A DNA stretch of 12,679 bases. It comes from Myxococcota bacterium (GTDB taxonomy: Bacteria > Myxococcota > UBA4151). This document shows, piece by piece, positions 7,154 through 12,679 of the stretch (within the stretch, counting starts at the first letter, position 1; the number at the start of each line of letters is the position of its first letter). The DNA lies in NCBI GenBank assembly GCA_040260805.1, contig JBDQPD010000101.1, forward strand, positions 1 through 12,679, read 5' to 3'. The position numbers and the translations under genes are program-made. The notes below the pieces were generated by a model. It was given only the letters and a program-made list of their open reading frames with translations, searched no databases and had not been told where the DNA came from.

Positions 7154-8405
7154 CACCCAAAGCAGCGACGCGGGCGTTCGCAACCTGATCGTACATCGGA
7201 TTGCGATCTTTACCCGTTGAGGTGAGGTAACTCTGGAAGTGACGTACGGAGCGAGTCCGATCACCGAGCAGACGGTACACTTCGCCCAAACCAAAGTGAG
7301 CGAGGCTTAGATCCGGGCGTAACGCCAAAGCCAAACCGTAGGCTTCCATCGCCTCGGGCAGCTTCTTGAGCGCCAGGAGCGCGCTGCCGCGTGCGACATG
7401 TGCTGCCACATCTTTCGGATTTTTACCGACGTGAGCATCGAGCACCGGCAAGGCGTTCGAGTACTTACCACGGTTGAGCATCTCGACCGCGCTGCCCAGC
7501 GCGTTCTGCGATCCCGCCTCGGCTTTCGGAGCCTTGGAGAGCGCATCGGTCACTCGCGCTAGGTTTCCAGCGATAGGAGCAGCGTCCGGCTTGAGCGCCT
7601 TGGCAGCCTCAAAGGCTTCTTTGGCGCCCTTGAAATCGCCCAACTCGGCGAGGACCTCTCCGAGCTTGAAGCGAGCTTCAACGTTCTGGGGGTCACGTAG
7701 CGCTGCGTCGCGATAGGCTTCTGCCGAGGGCTTCAGCTTTTTCTCAGCGCGCAGCGCGTCTCCTTGAGCGACCGCCTGCCGAGCGATCTTTTGCAGGTAA
7801 GGCGCAGCAGCTCCGGCTGCCTTGAGGCCCTTTTTCGCGCCCTGATTGACGGAGTTGTTACCCGCTGGTTTCGCCGAAGCCGTGAGCGCTTGCTTGAGCT
7901 CTTGAACTTTTACACCCGCCTTTTTGACGTACTTTTGCTCCGAAGGTCGCTTCTCGAGCACCATATACTTTTCGTAGTTGGCGATCGCCTGCTGCGGCTC
8001 ACCCAACAAACTGTAGGTCTCAGCCATGCCGTAATAACCGTCAGGATCCTTGGGCATCATGCGGACGTAAGCGGAGTACGACTGCACCGCTTCTTGAAGC
8101 TGTCCTGCTTTGCGCTGGACGAGCGCCATCTGATAGCGGCCAGCCGCCATCTTGGGATGCTTGGCCACCAACGATTTGAGTTCTTGAATGGCCTCGTCAT
8201 AACGCTTTTGTTTGTAGATCGACTTCGCCAACCTCAAACGAAACTGAGGGTTGTTGCTGTCCGCCGAAACGGCTGAACGAAGCTTCTTCTCAGCCTCGGC
8301 ATAGTTCTTGGCTTTATAGGCTGCAACACCGGCAGCAAAATCCTCGTTAGCCCCCGCTAGCGCTAGGCTAGGCACGAGCATGGACAGCAAGATGACACGG
8401 TTCAT
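7149..8405 (-). CDS. Secreted/periplasmic tetratricopeptide-repeat protein
   Basis: Start reassigned to ATG 8405 (SD AAGGAG upstream), giving a Sec signal peptide MNRVILLSMLVPSLALA|G. Multiple TPRs (e.g. PDGYYGMAETYSLLGEPQQAIANYEKY; NVEARFKLGEVLAELGDFKGAKEAFEAAKALKP; SLAHFGLGEVYRLLGD) are separated by Ala/Lys/Gly linkers. Confidence 0.9.
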   Translation of the reverse strand: MNRVILLSMLVPSLALAGANEDFAAGVAAYKAKNYAEAEKKLRSAVSADSNNPQFRLRLAKSIYKQKRYDEAIQELKSLVAKHPKMAAGRYQMALVQRKAGQLQEAVQSYSAYVRMMPKDPDGYYGMAETYSLLGEPQQAIANYEKYMVLEKRPSEQKYVKKAGVKVQELKQALTASAKPAGNNSVNQGAKKGLKAAGAAAPYLQKIARQAVAQGDALRAEKKLKPSAEAYRDAALRDPQNVEARFKLGEVLAELGDFKGAKEAFEAAKALKPDAAPIAGNLARVTDALSKAPKAEAGSQNALGSAVEMLNRGKYSNALPVLDAHVGKNPKDVAAHVARGSALLALKKLPEAMEAYGLALALRPDLSLAHFGLGEVYRLLGDRTRSVRHFQSYLTSTGKDRNPMYDQVANARVAALGG

Positions 8406-8639
8406 CAGAACTCCTTGGTGAGCGAAAATAGCTACCCTTCCCCTCGGGAAGCGCACCGCTCTGTGCAGTGTGATAGCCAGTGCGAGCCCAGGCGTCCAGA
8501 ATGCGCGTGCTCTTTCTGACGTCAATAGGCTGAAGCGAGGTCCTTCAAGGAGGATACCGCGGGCAGTCGTTGACCCAGGGGCTTTTGGCCCGTAACCCCC
8601 ATTCCGCACCGTCTTGGTGCCCCAGGAGTAACCGGAACT
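8406..8639. promoter_or_regulatory. Divergent promoter region (TPR-cdaA operon versus skp-lpx operon) with candidate sigma70-like elements
   Basis: 234-bp gap between divergent starts. Minus strand: TTGACG (8525-8520), 16 nt, CATTCT (8503-8498). Plus strand: TTGACC (8570-8575), 17 nt, TAACCC (8593-8598). Both -10 matches are imperfect. Confidence 0.4.
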
Positions 8640-9155
8640 ATGACCCTCCTTAGAACGCTCATTTTAGGCTTAGCCCTCGTCGCTGCACCTGCCTTTGCGC
8701 AACAAAGCGATGCCCGAATCGGAATTATGCGTCTTCAAGATGCGCTGACCGGCTGCAAAGAAGGCAAGGCAGCACGCAAGAAACTGCAAGCTGACTTTCG
8801 TGGCAAACAGAACCAACTGAAAAACCGAGAAGCCGCGCTCAAGCGCCGCTACGAGCAGCTCGAAAAGCAAAAGAGCAGCGGCGTGTCGCAAGACAAGCTG
8901 CGCGAAGACCTCGCAAGCTTCCAAAAGAGCGTGCTTGAGGCGCAGCAGCTGCGCGCCAAGCTGCAGCAGGCTCTTGCCGAGAAAGAGGCTGAGCTCACGC
9001 GTAAGATCTTAGCGAAGATGAAACCGTTGATCGCAAAAATTGCCCGCAAAGGCGGCTACACCGTCATTCTCGATGCGGGTCAGGTACTGCACGCACCCGA
9101 TGACCTCGACGTGACCGACAAACTGATTCGCCTCTACGACAAAGAGAATCCATGA
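8640..9155 (+). CDS. skp: Periplasmic chaperone Skp/OmpH
   Basis: SD AGGAG; signal peptide MTLLRTLILGLALVAAPAFA|Q; long coiled coil; C-terminus IAKIARKGGYTVILD...DVTDKLIRLYD; canonical position before lpxD (ATGA overlap). Confidence 0.93.
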   Translation: MTLLRTLILGLALVAAPAFAQQSDARIGIMRLQDALTGCKEGKAARKKLQADFRGKQNQLKNREAALKRRYEQLEKQKSSGVSQDKLREDLASFQKSVLEAQQLRAKLQQALAEKEAELTRKILAKMKPLIAKIARKGGYTVILDAGQVLHAPDDLDVTDKLIRLYDKENP

Positions 9156-10183
9156 ACCTCCAGCAACTCGCGAACCAGCTCGGCGCGACGCTCGTTGGTG
9201 GCAATGGCGAGGTGGAAATCCGAGGCATCGCAACGCTCAACGAGGCGACGTCAGATCAGCTTAGCTTTCTGACCAATCCCGCCTACGCTCAAGCCGCTGC
9301 CTCGACGTCTGCGGCGGCGATTTTGGCGCCAACAGGACAGGTCGAACTTGCGAGTTTACAAGGGGGCGCAAGCTTACTTGAGCATGATGCACCTTATCTA
9401 GCTTTGGCTCGCGCCCTCGAGTTGTTCCATCCCGCCTCGCCCATGCCTGCAGGGGTTCACAAAACGGCGATTGTTGATCTGGACGCCGATGTGCATCCGA
9501 CCGCGGCGATCGGTCCTTACGTCGTCATCAAAAAAGGCGCACGGATCGGAGCCCATGCTCAACTCGAAGCAGGCGTGGTGATTTCCGAAGGCGGTCGCGT
9601 CGGTGATGGAGCTTATCTTGGTCCTTACTGCGTGATCGCTGCCAACTGCTCGGTCGGTGATCATTGTCAGCTGGAACCGCACTGTGTGATCGGCGCAAAC
9701 GGCTTTGGCTACGCCTCTGATGCCAACTTTGTTCATCGACGCGTTCCCCAGGTCGGAACGGCACATTTGGACGACTCCGTTGACTTGGGAGCGCATTGCG
9801 TCGTCGATCGCGGCGCAATCAGCGAGACGCGCGTGGGCTCAGGAACCAAAATGGGCAACCACAACGTGGTCGGACACAATGTCCGGGTCGGGTCCAACAG
9901 TTTGTTGGTCGGGCAAGTTGCTTTATCGGGTTCGTGCAGCGTCGGCGAACGCGTCACGCTTGCGGGCAATGTCGGCGTCGCCGGGCATATCCATGTAGGT
10001 GATGGCGTGACCGTAGCTGCAAAGTCAGGCGTGACCCGCTCCATCCCAGACGGACAAACGGTACGCGGCTTTCCCGCTCGGGACTTCAAGCAAGTCACGA
10101 TGGAACAGCGGCTAGCCACCAAACTGCCTGAGTTGTTCGCTCGAGTTGAAGAGCTCGAAAACCGTCTCAAAGGCGACGGCTAA
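9152..10183 (+). CDS. lpxD: UDP-3-O-acyl-glucosamine N-acyltransferase
   Basis: N-terminal uridine-binding domain (LSFLTNPAY, PYLALAR), hexapeptide repeats, GFGY, PQVG, DRG, catalytic GHN (His242), GHI and GFPA. Confidence 0.95.
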   Translation: MNLQQLANQLGATLVGGNGEVEIRGIATLNEATSDQLSFLTNPAYAQAAASTSAAAILAPTGQVELASLQGGASLLEHDAPYLALARALELFHPASPMPAGVHKTAIVDLDADVHPTAAIGPYVVIKKGARIGAHAQLEAGVVISEGGRVGDGAYLGPYCVIAANCSVGDHCQLEPHCVIGANGFGYASDANFVHRRVPQVGTAHLDDSVDLGAHCVVDRGAISETRVGSGTKMGNHNVVGHNVRVGSNSLLVGQVALSGSCSVGERVTLAGNVGVAGHIHVGDGVTVAAKSGVTRSIPDGQTVRGFPARDFKQVTMEQRLATKLPELFARVEELENRLKGDG

Positions 10184-10186
10184 TCC

Positions 10187-10978
10187 ATGGCGATCCACGA
10201 ACTCGCCGTGGTGCACCCAGGCGCTCAGGTCCATGAGGGTGCGACCATCCACGCATTTTCAACAGTAGGCGAACACGTAGTGGTTGGCGACGGCTGTGAG
10301 ATTGGACCCCACGCTCACGTCACCGGACGGACCACGCTCGGCGTCGACGTCCGCATCTTCCCCTTCGCCTCTGTCGGCGAAGTACCCCCGGACCTAAAGT
10401 ATGCCGGCGAGCCTGCCACCGTTGAGATCGGAGACCGAACCGTCGTGCGCGAGAACGCAACGATCACGATCGGAACCGCGCACGGCATCATGAAGACGGT
10501 CGTGGGTTCGGATTGCTTGATCATGAGTTACTGCCACGTCGGTCATGACAGCGTCGTAGGCAACGGAGTGATCATGGCGAATGCGGCTCAACTAGCTGGT
10601 CACGTCGAGGTCGCGGATCACGCGATCCTCGGTGCGCTCAGCGGAGTCCATCAGTTCTGTCGAATCGGGACCCGAGCGATGCTTGCGGGCGGCGCCAAAG
10701 TGACTCAAGACGTGCCGCCGTGGGGGCTGGCACATGGCGACCGAGCGCGCCTCGTAGGTCTAAACGTAGAGCGTATGAAGCGCGAGCAGCTCGACGATCA
10801 AAGCAAGCGCTCACTCAAGCGCGCTTTTCGTTACGCCTGCCGCCAAGGCATGAGCCCGCAAGAGGCTCAGGCAAAACTTGAAGAAGCAAACCTCTCGACG
10901 TTGCATTCTCAGGACTTCCTAGGCTTTATTGGGTCGAGCCAGCGGGGCGTTTGCGCCGCTCGTCAGACGGGCAAATGA
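10187..10978 (+). CDS. lpxA: Acyl-ACP:UDP-N-acetylglucosamine O-acyltransferase
   Basis: Hexapeptide repeats; DLKY, CHVGHD (catalytic His), LAGHV, VHQFCRIG, QDVPP and GLN motifs. Confidence 0.96.
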   Translation: MAIHELAVVHPGAQVHEGATIHAFSTVGEHVVVGDGCEIGPHAHVTGRTTLGVDVRIFPFASVGEVPPDLKYAGEPATVEIGDRTVVRENATITIGTAHGIMKTVVGSDCLIMSYCHVGHDSVVGNGVIMANAAQLAGHVEVADHAILGALSGVHQFCRIGTRAMLAGGAKVTQDVPPWGLAHGDRARLVGLNVERMKREQLDDQSKRSLKRAFRYACRQGMSPQEAQAKLEEANLSTLHSQDFLGFIGSSQRGVCAARQTGK

Positions 10979-11787
10979 CGTCCGATACCGTCGGTATTGT
11001 CGCCGGTGGTGGTGTGCTACCCGGGCTGCTCGCTGACGCGATCAAGGCGGCGGGTAAACGCTGCGTCGTGGTCAACCTGAAAGGCGAATCCGAAGGGTTG
11101 GTCCCGCCGCGAGTCGACGCAGCGACGACCGCTCCTGTCGGCGCCTTGGGTAAAACGCTCAAATTTCTCTCTGCCCAGGGCGCGCGTGAGGTCTTGATGG
11201 CTGGCGGCGTCGATAAAACTCGACTGTTCCGAACGGCGCGTCCCGACCTGGCAGCGCTCAAGTTGCTGAAGACGCTGCCCGACTCAGGCGATGATCGCAT
11301 GCTGCGCGCAGTGACGCTCCTGCTCGAGCAAGAGGGCTTCCGCGTCGGTGCTCCTGTCGACTGGCTTCCCGAGCAGCGCGCCGTCGCGGGGCGAATGGTG
11401 GGAAGAAAAGCCGACGCTCAGCGCGAACAGGATCTGGCGTTTGGGCTGCAGATCGCTCAGGCGGTCGGAGACTTGGAGATAGGGCAGACCGTTGTCGTTT
11501 GTAAGGGCTGCGTCGTCGCGGTCGAGGCGGTTGAAGGCACAGATGCCATGCTGCGGCGAGCCGGCCCCCTCGCCAAGCGCGGCGCGGTGGTGGTCAAAGC
11601 GATTAAACCGAACCAGGATCACCGTTTGGATATGCCGACGGTGGGTATCGAGACCTTGGCGGTCATGTCCGAGCATGGCTTACGCTGGCTTGGATTGCAG
11701 GTTGGTTGTCTTATTCTCGATCGCCAGGCCTTCCTAAAGAGGGCGAAAAAACTGGGGATAAGCGTCTTTGGGCTGAGCAACTCTTAA
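10975..11787 (+). CDS. lpxI: UDP-2,3-diacylglucosamine hydrolase LpxI
   Basis: GIVAGGGVLP, IGQTVVV, AVEAVEGTDAML and KPNQDHRLDMPTVG motifs. Start set at ATG 10975 (ATGA overlap with the lpxA stop). Confidence 0.93.
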   Translation: MTSDTVGIVAGGGVLPGLLADAIKAAGKRCVVVNLKGESEGLVPPRVDAATTAPVGALGKTLKFLSAQGAREVLMAGGVDKTRLFRTARPDLAALKLLKTLPDSGDDRMLRAVTLLLEQEGFRVGAPVDWLPEQRAVAGRMVGRKADAQREQDLAFGLQIAQAVGDLEIGQTVVVCKGCVVAVEAVEGTDAMLRRAGPLAKRGAVVVKAIKPNQDHRLDMPTVGIETLAVMSEHGLRWLGLQVGCLILDRQAFLKRAKKLGISVFGLSNS

Positions 11788-11865
11788 AGCCGATCAAGTG
11801 ACTCCATGGACCCAAAACCATTTTCGGCACTTTCTAAGTCGCGTGACGGCGAGTAAGTCAACGCA

Positions 11866-12679
11866 ATGGTAAGGTCGGCATTTGACGAGTTTGATGCATC
11901 AGACGAGCCCCGACAAGTTGGGCATAGTCTACCCGGAATTCATCGTGAATCGGGCTTAGCCGTCCGTATCCACTTTCCTCCCCTAACCGCCGAAGAGATG
12001 CTGACTCGGATGGCAACACGTCTGAGGTTCGATCACCCGGGCTTACCCAGGGTCTTGCAATACGGACAGACCGCTAAACGGTTCGCTAACCTCATGGCAG
12101 GGACCCCATTCTTCATCACCGAGGCGCTCGATCCGGTCGGCAGTGACGCCATGCCTAAGCGCTGGTCAACCCTTCGAGATCGGATGGTCCAGCTGCTTGA
12201 GTGTATGGCTGAGGCGCACGCCTACAACGCCTTTCATGGCGCCATCGGATACAGCTGGCTGTTCCGCCAACCCGACATTGAGCCCCCGGTGCTGCGTGTG
12301 GAAGGCTGGCATATTGATGGCACGGGTCGCATCCCTGAAGCGCTCCGACCTCGCACCATTGCGCCCGAATGTGCCGAAGCTGATCGAGTCCGCCCTTCTG
12401 AGCTGGTTCAAATGGATCTATACGGCGTCGGTTACCTCGCTTGGGGCTTGACCTGCGGCAAGGTGCCTCGACCCCGTCAAAGCACCGAAACAGTGGCTCG
12501 TTTTGAGCCGCGGTTTAAAGTCCCCTCAGGTTTTGCCCAATGGATGCAAGACCTGCTGCGCACGAGGCCGAGCGATCGCCCTCTTGCTGCGACGATCGCC
12601 TTAGACCACCTGCTCGAAGTCGACCGCCTCCGCCGCACGATTCCACCAGGCTCGGTGGGCAAAAGGATCCCCCCACGAC
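11866..12679 (+). CDS. Hanks-type Ser/Thr protein kinase-fold protein, probable pseudokinase (3' partial)
   Basis: Absent from the ORF track because it has no stop in the window. My translation gives 271 open codons: MVRSAFDEF...GIHRESGLAVRIH...FDHPGLPRVLQYG...GTPFFITEAL...QLLECMAEAHAYNAFHGAIGYSWLF...LRVEGW...IAPE...MDLYGVGYLAWGLTCGKVP...VPSGFAQWMQDLLRTRPSDRP. Kinase subdomains II-XI appear in the right order and spacing. Confidence 0.85.
   Translation, partial: MVRSAFDEFDASDEPRQVGHSLPGIHRESGLAVRIHFPPLTAEEMLTRMATRLRFDHPGLPRVLQYGQTAKRFANLMAGTPFFITEALDPVGSDAMPKRWSTLRDRMVQLLECMAEAHAYNAFHGAIGYSWLFRQPDIEPPVLRVEGWHIDGTGRIPEALRPRTIAPECAEADRVRPSELVQMDLYGVGYLAWGLTCGKVPRPRQSTETVARFEPRFKVPSGFAQWMQDLLRTRPSDRPLAATIALDHLLEVDRLRRTIPPGSVGKRIPPR

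Noticed and set aside
7094..7294. 66-aa minus-strand ORF spanning the TPR end, with its stop overlapping the cdaA TTG (TTGA)
   Set aside because: It lies mostly inside the TPR gene in another frame with no evident SD. The TGA arises automatically from TTG-ACT. A coupling role cannot be supported from sequence alone.
8406..8609. 68-aa N-terminal extension of the TPR ORF
   Set aside because: ATG 8405 has a strong SD and begins a signal peptide; the extension covers the probable promoter region.
1361..11737. Many antisense or alternative-frame ORFs (e.g. 5333-5845, 7764-8276, 9398-9796, 9733-10170, 10926-11300, 11284-11676)
   Set aside because: Nested in well-supported genes; typical stop-poor shadows in GC-rich sequence.
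12143..12662. Track ORFs 12143-12451 (+), 12166-12411 (-) and 12477-12662 (-)
   Set aside because: All lie within the longer kinase-fold frame that starts at 11866.
1..12679. CBASS-like or other defence system, CRISPR array, IS/prophage, tRNA/rRNA
   Set aside because: The cyclase is a DAC-family CdaA in its housekeeping context, not a CD-NTase. I saw no repeat-spacer array, transposase, integrase or RNA-gene signature.

Overview
A compact, GC-rich housekeeping region from a Gram-negative bacterium. Gene content points to Myxococcota or another deltaproteobacterial lineage (inference: AgmX/PglI-type C-terminus, DAG-repeat lipoprotein, Hanks-kinase fold, cdaA-cdaR-glmM-pdxJ-nnr-tsaE order, lpxI). 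From left to right: (1) the 3' end of a probable AgmX/PglI/TonB-C-like gene; (2) a divergent pair encoding a CxxC thioredoxin-fold lipoprotein and a Skp/OmpH-like protein with no signal peptide; (3) a tightly coupled minus-strand operon, TPR protein-cdaA-cdaR-glmM-pdxJ-nnr-tsaE; (4) a divergent plus-strand lipid A operon, skp-lpxD-lpxA-lpxI, with no adjacent bamA, fabZ or lpxB; (5) a Ser/Thr-kinase-fold ORF missing from the ORF track that runs off the window and lacks all main catalytic residues. I found no mobile elements, CRISPR arrays or RNA genes, and no clearly new multi-gene system. The best leads are a tandem RNA hairpin that hides the cdaA ribosome-binding site, parallel loss of conserved acyl-site residues in LpxA and LpxD, the pseudokinase, and the apparently cytoplasmic Skp paralogue.
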